From contig JBDRQD010000028.1 of assembly GCA_043826455.1 (NCBI GenBank), positions 1-50,242 on the forward strand: 50,242 bases of DNA, read 5' to 3'. The translations under genes and the position numbers were made by a program. Shown here one piece after another: positions 35,458 through 46,071 of the stretch (positions are counted from its first letter, which is position 1; each line of letters opens with the position of its first letter). Source of the DNA: Candidatus Bathyarchaeota archaeon. Lineage in GTDB: Archaea > Thermoproteota > Bathyarchaeia > TCS64. The notes under the pieces were generated by a model. It saw only the letters and a program-made list of their open reading frames with translations. It was not told the DNA's origin and did no database searches.

Positions 35458-36725
35458 CTCGCGATCCTCCTGATATCTGCTCCAAGCAGCTTCATGTGTT
35501 CCCAGAAATCTGGGTAGGACTTCGATACGCACTCCGCGTCCTTTATAGTCGTGGGCCCCTCGGCTGCCAGCGCCGCCGCTGCCAGACTCATGGCTACCCT
35601 GTGGTCCCCCTGGGGGTCCACGTGGGCGCCTCTGAGCTGCGAGCCACGTATCATCACGGTGTCACCTTGCTCGGTGAAGTCGGCGCCCATGGCCCTGAGC
35701 CCCATCCTCATGGATTTAACCCGGTCGGACTCCTTCAACCTCAGCCTGCTGAGGCCTCTCAGGGTGCTGGTGCCTTCGGCCTGTGTGCATAGCGTTGACA
35801 CTATGGGAAAGAGGTCTGGGCAGTCTGACAGATCACGCTCTATCGCTTTCAGATGGCTCCTCCGTGTTTTGATTGAGGGGCCCTGGACCTGCACATCCGC
35901 GCCCAGGTCCTCCAGCACGTTGATGATCTCGGTGTCGGCCTGGCTGCTGGCCGGGTTCAGGTTATTGACCCCGGCTTCACCCCCGAGGGCCCCCATGGCC
36001 AGCGGGTAGGCGGCTGAGGACCAGTCGCCCTCCACCGTCACCGTCGCCGCCTTGTAGGGTGCGTTGGGGGCTGTCAGGGTCCGCATGTCCCCTGAGACCG
36101 TGGCCTCCACTCCGTATTGTTTCATAGCGTCCACGGTCATGGAGACGTATGGCTTGGACTCCAAGGAGGTGGTCACATGGATCGTCAGAGGCGTCTCCGC
36201 GAGGGGGGCCACCAGCAGCAGGGCTGAAACGAACTGGGAGCTGACATCGCCTCGGATCTCCGTCACCCTCCCTCTCAGCTCTCCTTGCCCGTGTACCGTC
36301 ACAGGCGGCAATCCACCGTTGCTTTCGCACTCTACCCCAAGCTGCCTTAACGCTGAGAGGAGGGGCTCCACGGGTCTCCGGCTTAGGGATGCACCCCCGG
36401 TCAGCGTGACATCCCCCTCCAATAGGGCGCTCACCGCCGTGAGCAGCCTCATGGTGGTCCCAGACTCGCAGCAGTGGACTGGGCCTCTGGGGGCCTCCAA
36501 CTCTCCGCCTCTGATGACCCATGTGGAGCCCAGCTTCCTGTGGGTGGCGCCCAGCTGCTCCAGTGCCTTCAGGGTGGCCAGGGTGTCGTCTGATGCTAAT
36601 GGGCGCCTTATAGTGCTCTCTCCGTCGGCTAGGGCGGCCAGTGTGAGGGCGCGGTGAGTGGCGCTCTTGGAGGAGGGGGCCGTTACCTCGCCGCGGATAC
36701 TGGAACTGGACACCTGGATCTTCAC
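35454..36725 (-). CDS. aroA: EPSP synthase
   Basis: PSSKS, ESGTTMR, SSQFVS, EGDWSSA, KESDR, DHRVAM. Confidence 0.97.
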   Translation of the reverse strand: MKIQVSSSSIRGEVTAPSSKSATHRALTLAALADGESTIRRPLASDDTLATLKALEQLGATHRKLGSTWVIRGGELEAPRGPVHCCESGTTMRLLTAVSALLEGDVTLTGGASLSRRPVEPLLSALRQLGVECESNGGLPPVTVHGQGELRGRVTEIRGDVSSQFVSALLLVAPLAETPLTIHVTTSLESKPYVSMTVDAMKQYGVEATVSGDMRTLTAPNAPYKAATVTVEGDWSSAAYPLAMGALGGEAGVNNLNPASSQADTEIINVLEDLGADVQVQGPSIKTRRSHLKAIERDLSDCPDLFPIVSTLCTQAEGTSTLRGLSRLRLKESDRVKSMRMGLRAMGADFTEQGDTVMIRGSQLRGAHVDPQGDHRVAMSLAAAALAAEGPTTIKDAECVSKSYPDFWEHMKLLGADIRRIAR

Positions 36726-37231
36726 GCCTCAGCCCCCAGCAGCTGTATAACTCTGTCAGCCACCTCTTTCAGCGTCAAGCCGGATGTGTCGACGATGGCA
36801 TCTGCAGCCTTCAGGTAATGCGGCATCCTCTCCTCCAGGCGCACGGTTACCGCTTTCTCTATGTCCCCCACGTTCAGCAGGGGCCTTGAGCCGTCGCCCT
36901 TGACCCTGCTCAGGATCTCATCCACGCTTGCGGTGAGCAGGACGAGTCTGGAAGTACTGCGGATGGCGTCCACGTTTCCCTGGTCCAGGACGGCACCACC
37001 CCCACACGCGATAACTGTCTTCTCCGAGGCCGAGGCTTCTGCCACTACCCTCTTCTCTAAGGCTCTGAAAACCGTCTCCCCCTCTGAGGCGAATATCTCC
37101 GCTATCTCCAGACCCATCCGCCTCACGATCTCCTCGTCCGTGTCCACGAACCTGTACCCGAGCTTATCCGCCAGTATCCTGCCCACGGTGGATTTACCCG
37201 CGGCCATGAACCCTATGAGGGCAACGTTCAT
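36722..37231 (-). CDS. aroK: Shikimate kinase, bacterial NMP-kinase type
   Basis: LIGFMAAGKST, DTD, GETVFR, CGGG, RPLL. Confidence 0.93.
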   Translation of the reverse strand: MNVALIGFMAAGKSTVGRILADKLGYRFVDTDEEIVRRMGLEIAEIFASEGETVFRALEKRVVAEASASEKTVIACGGGAVLDQGNVDAIRSTSRLVLLTASVDEILSRVKGDGSRPLLNVGDIEKAVTVRLEERMPHYLKAADAIVDTSGLTLKEVADRVIQLLGAEA

Positions 37232-38067
37232 CTCTGTACCTCCAGGCGGGCCACTGCTTCTCTGATCATGAGGTCTGTGGGCGGCTCCAGTCCCGTCCAA
37301 AGTTTGAACGCCTCGGCCCCCTGGTATACCAGCATCTTCAACCCACTCAGGGTCTTTGAGCCCACGCGTTCAGCCTCCTTGAGCAGCCTCGTCTCGACCG
37401 GGTTGTAGACCAAGTCGTACACTAGGAGGTCTCTGTGTAGGAGCTCCATGGGGACTGGTGTCTGGTCGGTGTGCGGGCTCATCCCCAGGGGCGTAGTGTT
37501 CACCAGGATGTCCGCTGAGCCGAGGTGATCCCCCAGTTCACCCAACGATCCGTGTCTCATAGATGCGTTGGAGTTTTCCTTGAATAGGTCTACTAGGGCC
37601 TTCGCTTTCTCGGGGTCCCTGTTGAGAACGGTGATGCTTTGCACTTTCTGCCTCAAGCCATAGACTAGCGCTCTGGCTGCGCCGCCTGCACCCAGGATGA
37701 CCACTCCTGCATCTTTTAGGTTACCATACTCCTCTTCTAGTGCCTTAAAGCCGCCAAGGTAGTCGGTATTATAGCCTTTGAGCACTCCTTCATCGTTCAG
37801 GATTGTGTTCACTGCGCCGATGGCTCCAGCTGCATCCTCGACCTCGTCGAGGTGCCTCATGACTTCTACTTTGTAGGGGATGGTGACGTTGCAGCCTCTG
37901 ACGCGTCTATGCTTCATGGTGCCGCCCATGAATGCGGCCAGCTCGCCCGGCTCAACGGAGGCGAGCCTGTACTCGTAGTCCAGGCTCAGGGCCTTGAAGC
38001 AGGCGTTGTGTATCACAGGGCTCACTGAGTGCTCGACCGGGTAGCCCACTAGGTAGCAGAGCCTCAC
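37228..38067 (-). CDS. aroE: Shikimate dehydrogenase
   Basis: HSVSP, NVTIPYK, GAVNT, NTD, GAGGAA, DLVYNP. Confidence 0.96.
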   Translation of the reverse strand: MRLCYLVGYPVEHSVSPVIHNACFKALSLDYEYRLASVEPGELAAFMGGTMKHRRVRGCNVTIPYKVEVMRHLDEVEDAAGAIGAVNTILNDEGVLKGYNTDYLGGFKALEEEYGNLKDAGVVILGAGGAARALVYGLRQKVQSITVLNRDPEKAKALVDLFKENSNASMRHGSLGELGDHLGSADILVNTTPLGMSPHTDQTPVPMELLHRDLLVYDLVYNPVETRLLKEAERVGSKTLSGLKMLVYQGAEAFKLWTGLEPPTDLMIREAVARLEVQR

Positions 38068-38738
38068 GTCTCTACCCCCATGGCCCTGTAGAGGCAAAGC
38101 ATCTCACCGAGGGTCAGCTGGCCCGAGGCAGTCTCCTCTCCAGACTCCGACGAGGCGTAGGTGAAGGCTCCGCCCACCAGGGGCGACATGACCCTGGACA
38201 GGGTTCCGTGGGCCCCCATCCCGAAGCTCACGTTGCCCGGGTGGCGGCTCAGGTACTCCAGGTAGAACAGGTTGTCCCGGGGGTCCTCAGCGGTGCCCAC
38301 GAGCTTAACTATGTCTGCGCCTGCTTTCTTTGCATCAGCGTGTTTAGTGGCCAGTTCATCGGTGCGTGGGGTCCGAGTGTGGTCGTGACTGGAGACGATG
38401 CTCGTGGAGCCGGCGTCCCTTATCCTCTGCAGCGCCTTGCCTAGTAAGCCGGACGATAGCTCCACGTCTCCGTACTCGAAACCCGCCTCACACGCCTCAG
38501 CGACCAGCCTGACCCGGCCCACCTCGTCCTCGACTGCGTAGCCGCCCTCGCTTCTACACCTGTTCGTGGCGATGAGGGGCGTCGAAGTCTGGTCCCTCAC
38601 AGCCTCAGGGGGGATCGCCTCCTTCCTATAGTCGAACCTGATCTCGATGAGGTCCGGTGAGCCGGCCCTCTTCATGGCTCTCAGGGTCTGGTTGAGGGTG
38701 TACGCGGGTATTGCCACGCATAACTTTGGCTTCATCAT
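38064..38738 (-). CDS. aroD: Type I 3-dehydroquinate dehydratase
   Basis: IEIRFD, TNR...EGG, SSHD, ADIVK, MG...SR, GQL. Confidence 0.9.
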   Translation of the reverse strand: MMKPKLCVAIPAYTLNQTLRAMKRAGSPDLIEIRFDYRKEAIPPEAVRDQTSTPLIATNRCRSEGGYAVEDEVGRVRLVAEACEAGFEYGDVELSSGLLGKALQRIRDAGSTSIVSSHDHTRTPRTDELATKHADAKKAGADIVKLVGTAEDPRDNLFYLEYLSRHPGNVSFGMGAHGTLSRVMSPLVGGAFTYASSESGEETASGQLTLGEMLCLYRAMGVET

Positions 38739-39823
38739 GCTTTCAGCGTCTCCCTGATGAGTTCCTCCTCGACTGCTGCGTGCACCGGCTCCTTGCCGAT
38801 TCCTGTGGGCAGAACGAACATGATGTCGTCCCCGGTGGCCTTCTTGTCCCTCCTCATCAACGTGATGAGCTCGTCTCCGGGCAGCTCAGGTATCTCAGTG
38901 GGCAGCCCGAGCCGTGTGAGGGCACGTCTGAGTCTGGCCTCGTCTTTCCTCGTCATGGTGTTTTTCTCCGCTGATAATCTGGACACGTATATCATGCCGA
39001 TGGAGACGGCCTCGCCGTGCCTTACTTGGGGCCTCATGAGCCGCTCCACGGCGTGCCCCATGGTGTGACCCAGGTTGAGGGCGGCCCTGACCCCTTTATC
39101 GTCTCTCTCATCCTTCTCCACGTAGCCGGCTTTGATGGAGGCGGACACCTTGATGACGTGGGTTAAAGCTTCCAGGTCCCGTCCTAGCAGCCTCTCAGTG
39201 TTATCCTCTACATACTTGAACAGCCCCGGGTCCCTTATCACGCCGTACTTGACCACCTCGGCGAGCCCCGACCTGATCTCTCTCACGGGTAAAGTCTCTA
39301 GGAGTGTCGGGTCGACGACCACGGCGCTGGGCTGGTGGAAGCTGCCTACAAGGTTCTTGCCCCGTGGATGGTTCACAGCTGTCTTACCTCCTATGCTGCT
39401 GTCCACCATGCCCAGCAGCGTCGTCGGGGCTTGGATCAGGCGCACGCCCCGAAGGTATATGGAGGCTGCGAACCCGGCCAGGTCGCCCACGGCTCCGCCG
39501 CCGAGTGCCACTACCACTCCGCTTCTTTTCAGGCCGTATTCGATGAGACCTCCGATTACCGTCTCAGCCGTGGTCCAGGTCTTGGCCTCCTCTCCGTCGG
39601 GGACGATGAGTTTTACCGGCGACAGCCCCTTCAAGCCCACCGTTACGGCCTCTGAGTGAAGCTCATCTATTGTGGGTGAAGTGACTAACACGCACCCAGA
39701 CACATCGGGGATGAGCTCCGCTATGATCTCGCCTATGTGCCTGGACAGTCCCCTGCCCACTAGTATAGGGTAGCCTCTCTCACCCAGCTCAACGTGAGCG
39801 GCCACCCTGGCCGCGGAGTTCAT
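38735..39823 (-). CDS. aroB: 3-dehydroquinate synthase (bacterial-type AroB)
   Basis: [42 protein letters not shown]. Confidence 0.96.
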   Translation of the reverse strand: MNSAARVAAHVELGERGYPILVGRGLSRHIGEIIAELIPDVSGCVLVTSPTIDELHSEAVTVGLKGLSPVKLIVPDGEEAKTWTTAETVIGGLIEYGLKRSGVVVALGGGAVGDLAGFAASIYLRGVRLIQAPTTLLGMVDSSIGGKTAVNHPRGKNLVGSFHQPSAVVVDPTLLETLPVREIRSGLAEVVKYGVIRDPGLFKYVEDNTERLLGRDLEALTHVIKVSASIKAGYVEKDERDDKGVRAALNLGHTMGHAVERLMRPQVRHGEAVSIGMIYVSRLSAEKNTMTRKDEARLRRALTRLGLPTEIPELPGDELITLMRRDKKATGDDIMFVLPTGIGKEPVHAAVEEELIRETLKA

Positions 39824-40659
39824 CGGAGGCTCTTCCCGACGGCTCCGGCCACTGGCTCCAGCTCCACCATGAGCTGCTTGAACTCTCCTGGTGTGAGGCT
39901 CTGGCCTCCGTCGCTGAGGGCCTTCTCGGGGTGGGGGTGCACCTCGATCATGAGGCCGTCGCTGCCGGCGGCCACCCCCGCCTTGGCCATGGGGGACACC
40001 AGGGACCTGATGCCGGTGCCGTGGCTGGGGTCGATTATCACGGGTAGCGGGCTCACCTGGTGGATTACGGGCACGGCCGCCACGTCCAGGGTGTTCCTGG
40101 TGATGACGTCGAAGCCCCTGACGCCTCTCTCGCACAGGATGACGTCGGGGTTTCCTTCGCAAAGGATGTACTCGGCGCAGCAGAGCCACTCTGCTATGGT
40201 GGATGACATGCCCCGTTTGAGGAGAACTGGTTTGCTGGCTCTGCCCACCTTCTTGAGCAGGGGGTAGTTCTGCATGTTACGGGACCCCACCTGTAGGACG
40301 TCGGCGTAGCTCTCCACCAGCTCTACGTCCTCTGGGGCCATCACCTCTGTAACCACGGGCAGTTTGGTCTCGTCCCTGGCCTCCGCCAGTATCTTTAGGC
40401 CCTCCTCGCCCAGCCCCTGGAAACTGTAGGGCAGGGTTCTGGGCTTGTAGGCGCCGCCTCGCAGCATGTGGGCGCCGGCCCTCTTCACGGCGTCGGCGGC
40501 CTCCATGAGCTGCTCTCTGCTTTCCACGCTGCAGGGCCCGGCCATAACTATGACCTGGCCGCCGCCGAGCTTGATGTCTCCGACTCTCACGGTGAGCCTG
40601 TGCTCTCTGTGCTGCTTCACCGCAAGCTTGATCATCTCGGTTACTTTCAGCTCGCCCAT
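39820..40659 (-). CDS. aroF: DAHP synthase, type I-beta, catalytic barrel only
   Basis: [39 protein letters not shown]. Confidence 0.95.
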   Translation of the reverse strand: MGELKVTEMIKLAVKQHREHRLTVRVGDIKLGGGQVIVMAGPCSVESREQLMEAADAVKRAGAHMLRGGAYKPRTLPYSFQGLGEEGLKILAEARDETKLPVVTEVMAPEDVELVESYADVLQVGSRNMQNYPLLKKVGRASKPVLLKRGMSSTIAEWLCCAEYILCEGNPDVILCERGVRGFDVITRNTLDVAAVPVIHQVSPLPVIIDPSHGTGIRSLVSPMAKAGVAAGSDGLMIEVHPHPEKALSDGGQSLTPGEFKQLMVELEPVAGAVGKSLR

Positions 40660-40957
40660 GTCTCAGCATACCCCCCTGAGCGGCGGCCTTGTTCGCATGG
40701 GCCTACACTCCTTGGCTGATCCGTTACAGCTCACCGGGTTTGCATGGGCGAGGGCACGGGTTTTAGAAACTTTTTGAAGAACTGTGTCTAAGTCTTCGGG
40801 CTGGTATGGGTTAAGATGAATTGGCGCATTTATTACACCACCAAATACACTCCTTTGCACTCGCGTCACATAATATAAGAGTTCTGGACAAGTGGAATCA
40901 TCCTAGCCAAGTCGGGCTAGGAAAACTTTTCCGGTGTGGCCGTGAACAATCGAGGTA

Positions 40958-41902
40958 GTGAACCTTGTGAAGCACATAATCCTTGACACGGACCCCGGCG
41001 TAGACGACGCCCTGGCATTCATGTTAGCCCTCGGCAGCCCTGAGCTGGAGGTGGAGGCCGTCACCACTGTGGCGGGCAACGTCAGCCACGAGAAGGTGCA
41101 CAGGAACGCCATGCAGCTGCTGGAGTTCCTAGGAAGGACGGATATACCTGTGTGCGGGGGCGCCGGGAAGCCCATGCTGAGGGAGATGAGGCACGCCGAG
41201 GAGTTCCACGGAAGGTCAGGGTTGGGTGACGCCGTCCTGCCTGAGCCCAAGATGAGGTCCGACACTAGGAACGCGGTCCAGGTGATCCACCAGAAAGCGG
41301 ACGAGCTAGGACGGGACCTGACGCTGGTGGCCATCGGGCCCCTAACCAATATAGCGGCGGCTATACTCTCCGACCCGACCCTGCCCAGGACTGTAGGCGG
41401 CCTCGTCATCATGGGGGGCGCCTTCAACCTCACCCCCTATGGGCTGGGTAACGCTAACGCCGTGGCCGAGTTCAACATATGGCACGACCCAGAGGCAGCC
41501 AGAATAGTGTTCAACAGCGGGATGCCGCTTGTCTGTGCCGGCCTGGATACCACAACCCACCCCGACTACAGGATGAGTGTATCCATGTTTGAGGCGATAA
41601 AGGCTAAGAAATCCGAGAGGTCGAGGCTCATAGCGGACCTTTGCGGCGGCCTGGTGAAGAGGTTCAATGGGTTCAGCCTCCACGACCCCATGGCTTTGGC
41701 ATACGTTGTGGACCCCACCATCTTCAGGACCGAGAAGTACAGGGTGGACGTGGAGACCGAGGGGGAGCTCACAAGGGGCATGACGGTTGTGGACCGCAGG
41801 CGCTACCACAGGGCCCAGGAGGAGGCCAACGCCGAGGTCATGGTGGAGGTGGACGCTGAACGGTTCCACGGGCTCATAATGGGGAGGGTGGCTGAGGGCT
41901 AG
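40958..41902 (+). CDS. Inosine-uridine-preferring nucleoside hydrolase
   Basis: DTDPGVDD, HGRSGLG, GPLTN, AEFNIWHDPEAA, LHDP. Confidence 0.95.
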   Translation: MNLVKHIILDTDPGVDDALAFMLALGSPELEVEAVTTVAGNVSHEKVHRNAMQLLEFLGRTDIPVCGGAGKPMLREMRHAEEFHGRSGLGDAVLPEPKMRSDTRNAVQVIHQKADELGRDLTLVAIGPLTNIAAAILSDPTLPRTVGGLVIMGGAFNLTPYGLGNANAVAEFNIWHDPEAARIVFNSGMPLVCAGLDTTTHPDYRMSVSMFEAIKAKKSERSRLIADLCGGLVKRFNGFSLHDPMALAYVVDPTIFRTEKYRVDVETEGELTRGMTVVDRRRYHRAQEEANAEVMVEVDAERFHGLIMGRVAEG

Positions 41903-42855
41903 TGGTGGATCTCATCTGCTGCGGGGCCATCAACTGGGACATCAACCTGTTCATGGAGAGGTTGCCCAGGACCGGAGAGGAGGTGCCCGTCACGGAGATC
42001 CAGCGGGTCTCGGGGGGCACGGCTGCCAACGTCTCGGTGGCCGCGGCCCGCATCCTGGGGCCCGGCAGGGTGACCTTCATTGGGGCCCTGGGAGTGGACG
42101 ACGTCGCCGAGCAGCAGATCAGGATACTGGGCGAGGAGGGCGTGGTCCACAGTGGCGTCGTTAAGGTGAGGGGTGAGGAGTCCGGTCAGGCCTACATCAG
42201 CATAGGGGCGGACGGCTCCAACGAGATACACACCTATTTCGGAGCCAACCTCAAGTTAACCGGTGGCCACATGCGCGACCCTGAGAGGCTGAGCCTCGTG
42301 AAGCAGTCAAAGGTGTGCGTGATCATGGATCCGCCCATAGAGGCGGCAGAGGCGCTGGCAGCCCTTTGCAGGAGTCAAGGAGTCACGGTCATGTGGGACC
42401 CGGGGGTATATGCGGAGAAGGGCCTGGATGCGCTGCTGCCTACCCTGAGGAACACGGACTACTTCATATTGAATCACCTGGAGTACGAGAACCTTCTGGG
42501 CACCAGCGAACCCAAGACGGTTATGAAGACGCTCCACAGTCATGTCAGGGGGATAAAGGCCATCATCAAGCATGGGGTGAGGGGCTCGACACTGTGCCTG
42601 GACCCGTCAGGGGCAACCATAGCCATGGACGCGGTGCCCCTGGACCGCCTGGGGTTGAGGGTGGTGAACACGGTGGGGTGCGGGGACGCCTTCATAGGGG
42701 GCTTCGCCTCGGCCAAGGTGGAGGGCCTGGGGGACATGGAGGCCCTTAGGCTGGCCAGCGCCGCGGGCAGCTTCAAGGCCACCAGGAAGGAGACCCGGGG
42801 CGGGCCGACCAAGCAGGAGTTGCTGAAGCTCCTGGAGCGCTGGAAAGCGCTGTAA
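41902..42855 (+). CDS. PfkB-family carbohydrate kinase (ribokinase-like)
   Basis: GGTAANV, NTVGCGDAF; coupled to the nucleoside hydrolase. Confidence 0.9.
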   Translation: MVDLICCGAINWDINLFMERLPRTGEEVPVTEIQRVSGGTAANVSVAAARILGPGRVTFIGALGVDDVAEQQIRILGEEGVVHSGVVKVRGEESGQAYISIGADGSNEIHTYFGANLKLTGGHMRDPERLSLVKQSKVCVIMDPPIEAAEALAALCRSQGVTVMWDPGVYAEKGLDALLPTLRNTDYFILNHLEYENLLGTSEPKTVMKTLHSHVRGIKAIIKHGVRGSTLCLDPSGATIAMDAVPLDRLGLRVVNTVGCGDAFIGGFASAKVEGLGDMEALRLASAAGSFKATRKETRGGPTKQELLKLLERWKAL

Positions 42856-42907
42856 TTCCTGAAGCACCACCATAGCCTTTGAACGATTTTAGAGGCATAG
42901 GAGTCAC

Positions 42908-44050
42908 TTAAGCTAGGTAGGGGGCCGTGACCACCGCCATGGACAGGGCCAGGGTGCCTGCGATCACAGCCATCATGGCGGCGAAGGCGAAGGGCTTCCA
43001 GCCGACGCCGGCTATGTCCCTGAACTGGACCTTGGAGCCTACGCCGGCGAAGGATATAGCAAGTAGGAAGGGTATTAGCGAGGACTTGAGGGCCGTCTTG
43101 GCCAGGTCCCAGCCTATGCCGAGGAAGGTGAATGATGAGGTGTCCAGAGCCGCGCACAGCAGTGAATTCACTAGGAAGACGACGGCGAACCGGGGGACAG
43201 TGACCTTAGCCTTCGCGCCGCCGTTGCCGCCCTCAACACGGCTCAGGTAGAAGGTGGAGGCCAGCACCACCGGCGCTATCATGAATATCCTAATGGACTT
43301 GATTATCAGCGCTGGCTGCATGCAGCTTGCGTCTAAGGCTAAGGCGGCCGCTATGACCTGCGCCGATTCGTGGACTCCTGAGCCCACCCACACGGCGTAG
43401 ACGGTGGGGCTGCCCAGGAGCCACTGGTTCACCACCGTGCTACTGAACAGGTAGGGGTACAGAAACATACTGATCAAGCCGAAGAGGGTTATCCCGCTGA
43501 GGGCTACACCTATCTCCTCCTCCTTGGCGTTTATAGCTGGGGCCGTGGCGGCGATGGCCGAGGCTCCACATATGGATGTGCCGACGCCTATGAGTATGGC
43601 TAGGCGGCTGCTGAGGCCCAGTCTTCGACCCAGCAGTATGCTGGCTGTGTAGCTGAATACTATGATCACCAGGGCGTTCACCACGCCCAGGCCTACCTCG
43701 AGCCACACGGAGGCGCTGGTGACCAGGCCCAGCACGGCTATGGTGAACTTCAAAAGCTGTGAGGACGCGTACCTTAGCCCGGGGCCCAGCCTCTCAGGGA
43801 TCTGGGTGGTGTTTGATATCACGATGCCTATGATGAAGCTCCACATGAGGGTGCTCACGGGCTTATAGGCTGTCCACACCAGGAAGCTGATGAAGGCTAT
43901 GACCATGGCGAATACGAGGCCCGGGACGTTCTCTGCGAAATCCTCTAGCCTGCTCCTCAAATCATGCTGCTCCTCGATGCACCTTGGACCCCTCTCCTGC
44001 AATATAGTGTTTTCCTCTTCTCGGAGAACACCTGTTTTATCCTGTGCCAC
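42908..44050 (-). CDS. YeiH/UPF0324 putative sulfate exporter family membrane protein
   Basis: LIGVGTSICGASAIAATAP, VHESAQV; true start may lie further downstream. Confidence 0.88.
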   Translation of the reverse strand: MAQDKTGVLREEENTILQERGPRCIEEQHDLRSRLEDFAENVPGLVFAMVIAFISFLVWTAYKPVSTLMWSFIIGIVISNTTQIPERLGPGLRYASSQLLKFTIAVLGLVTSASVWLEVGLGVVNALVIIVFSYTASILLGRRLGLSSRLAILIGVGTSICGASAIAATAPAINAKEEEIGVALSGITLFGLISMFLYPYLFSSTVVNQWLLGSPTVYAVWVGSGVHESAQVIAAALALDASCMQPALIIKSIRIFMIAPVVLASTFYLSRVEGGNGGAKAKVTVPRFAVVFLVNSLLCAALDTSSFTFLGIGWDLAKTALKSSLIPFLLAISFAGVGSKVQFRDIAGVGWKPFAFAAMMAVIAGTLALSMAVVTAPYLA

Positions 44051-44090
44051 ATGTGCCGTTGATCAAAGTTATAAAACACCGTCACCGTGT

Positions 44091-44438
44091 ATGGCTGTCA
44101 TGAAGGCGTACGATTACAGTGAGGTAGAGAACCAGGACGTCCCCGAGCCCGCGAAGGGCGTCAGGATCAGGTGGCTCATCAACGAGAAGAATGGTGCACC
44201 TAACTTCGCCATGAGACGGTTCGAGGTGGAGCCAGGCGGCTATACGCCCTACCATACCCACGACTGGGAACATGAGGTTTACGTGCTGGAGGGTGAGGGA
44301 GTGGCGGTGGACTCGGAGGGCGAATCAAGGCTGGGGCCTGGCAGCGTGGTGCTGGTGGAGCCGGGTGAGGAGCACAACTTTAGGAACACGGGTCAGGTGA
44401 AGCTCGTTTTCCTGTGTATGATCCCTCTTCAGAAGTAG
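44091..44438 (+). CDS. Cupin-domain protein
   Basis: APNFAMRRF, HTHDWEHEVYVLEG, EEHNFRN. Confidence 0.92.
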   Translation: MAVMKAYDYSEVENQDVPEPAKGVRIRWLINEKNGAPNFAMRRFEVEPGGYTPYHTHDWEHEVYVLEGEGVAVDSEGESRLGPGSVVLVEPGEEHNFRNTGQVKLVFLCMIPLQK

Positions 44439-44666
44439 GCTGTTTTCACCCTTTTTGCCCGGTTTTACCTTAAATATTCCATTGATTTTCGTAAATCGAC
44501 CGGTAATCCATATTCCTTTTTACTATTACTACCAGAAAACCATGAAGAGGAACATGATTACCGGATACTCACCTAGAACCACGGCCCATGTTTGTAGTGG
44601 TGCTTTACACACTCTAGGTTATAGGGGATGTCCGGGCAACCTTTGTCTAAGAAAGGGGTCTGTAGT

Positions 44667-44984
44667 TTGAAGAACCGGCGATCTAAGCTCGAGATTTACC
44701 TAGACGTGCTTAAGGTGATCAAGGAGGGCACACAGAAGCCCACACGCATTATGTACGGTGCGAACCTGTCGTGGAAGCTCCTTCAAGGAATATTGTCGTC
44801 CATGGTGGTCCAGGACCTCATATTGGAGGTCGACGCATCAGATTCAAAGGATAAGCGCACCAACAAGTACTACGAGATCACGACTAAGGGTGACAGCGTG
44901 ATCAGGTACTTTGACCGCGCCAAGGGTCTCATCGAGGTCGATGAACCAGATTTTAACCCCCTCCAGATCGCCCGGGGTAGGTAA
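44667..44984 (+). CDS. Archaeal winged-helix transcriptional regulator (HTH_45-like)
   Basis: RRSKLEIYLDVL, KPTRIMYGANLSW, YEITTKG; TTG 44667 or ATG 44628. Confidence 0.85.
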   Translation: MKNRRSKLEIYLDVLKVIKEGTQKPTRIMYGANLSWKLLQGILSSMVVQDLILEVDASDSKDKRTNKYYEITTKGDSVIRYFDRAKGLIEVDEPDFNPLQIARGR

Positions 44985-45029
44985 GCCCCGATAAACCCCA
45001 TTTATTTTAAATATACCTCCTAGCGGGCG

Positions 45030-45554
45030 CTAGGCTTTCAGGGGGTTGCCGTACCGGTCCAGGTGGAAGAGTTCCTCGAGGTTCTTGCGGCCTCTGGGCT
45101 CGGGGGTCTGGTCGGGTACTCCTATGGGCAGGAGGTTGATGACGGTCATCTCCTTTGGCACATTGAGGAGCTCCTTGACCTGGTCCTCGTTGAAGGCGCC
45201 TATCCAGCAGGTGCCGTAGCCTAGTTCCCAGGCCGCCAGGACCATGTGCTCTACGGCTGTCATGACGTCCCGTTCGGCCCAACGCTCGTAGACCTCGGGG
45301 CTCTTCTTGTCCATGGCTAGGGCGGCTACTATGACGCCTGCGTCGCTGATCCATGTCTGGTTACGGGCTATGGTGCCGAGCTTTTTCTTGGTGTCGGGGT
45401 CCTGTACCAGGATGAATCTCCAGGGCTGTTTGTTGCCTGCGGAGGGTGCGAGCTGGGCGGCTGTCATGATCTGTTTGAGGTGGTCCTCTGGGATGGGCTG
45501 GGGCTTGTACTTGCGTACGCTTTTACGTGTCTTGATGGCTTCGAATACGTTCAT
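45030..45554 (-). CDS. Nitroreductase family protein
   Basis: RKSVRKY, APSAGNKQPWRF, LGYGTCWIGAF. Confidence 0.92.
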   Translation of the reverse strand: MNVFEAIKTRKSVRKYKPQPIPEDHLKQIMTAAQLAPSAGNKQPWRFILVQDPDTKKKLGTIARNQTWISDAGVIVAALAMDKKSPEVYERWAERDVMTAVEHMVLAAWELGYGTCWIGAFNEDQVKELLNVPKEMTVINLLPIGVPDQTPEPRGRKNLEELFHLDRYGNPLKA

Positions 45555-45632
45555 GCGGGTACTTGCGGAACCACTGGATTTAACCGAATCGCATACTTAG
45601 CTCGTTTTATGGTTGATTTCTCTGTCATAAAA

Positions 45633-45761
45633 TGATACCCCCCTACCTTTTTTCACATCAATTTATCTGGGGCGTTCAGGGCTCTCGTCGGTGTGCGGGT
45701 GATCCCGAATAATAGAAAAATTCTCCATTAGGTGATACCCCCCCTACCTTTTTTACACATC
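45633..45761. repeat. Direct repeat TGATAC(6-7)TACCTTTTTT(A)CACATC, two copies 100 bp apart
   Basis: 45633-45659 and 45733-45761, in a ~515-bp divergent intergenic region. Confidence 0.85.
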
Positions 45762-46071
45762 GGCCATCCGCTGCGCCGTGTTTCTGTGTGGAATGGACGG
45801 CGTTTTTGCATAGAATGGGATCGGTAAGGCGTGTTTCCTGACCTCCTTTTGGCCTGGGGCGTCCGTTTCCGGTTTATCTTGTTCTACCCCCTCCCCCCTC
45901 TCGGGGGCTCCTGCGCTGGTGCGGGGGGGTGTGTCGTTTTGAGCTTGGTGGTTTATCCCGTGCCAGTCGGGATAAGGTGGAAAAAATTTTCCATCTTTTA
46001 TTTCGTGGTTCTTGTGCATACATGGGATAAGATATAATTTATTCTGGGACGTCATTGTATTCAGATTCGTT

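Noticed and set aside
10170..40189. Long N-terminal extensions in the ORF track (e.g. 11792, 13157, 14059, 35532, 40189) and many antisense ORFs
   Set aside because: They overlap well-supported genes and are typical GC-rich shadow frames; starts were trimmed to the family-consistent codon
40660..40957. Leader peptide or attenuator upstream of aroF (ORF 40663-40869)
   Set aside because: No run of aromatic codons or clear alternative hairpins; ATACCCCCCT here is probably the ribosome-binding region on the minus strand, not the 45633 repeat
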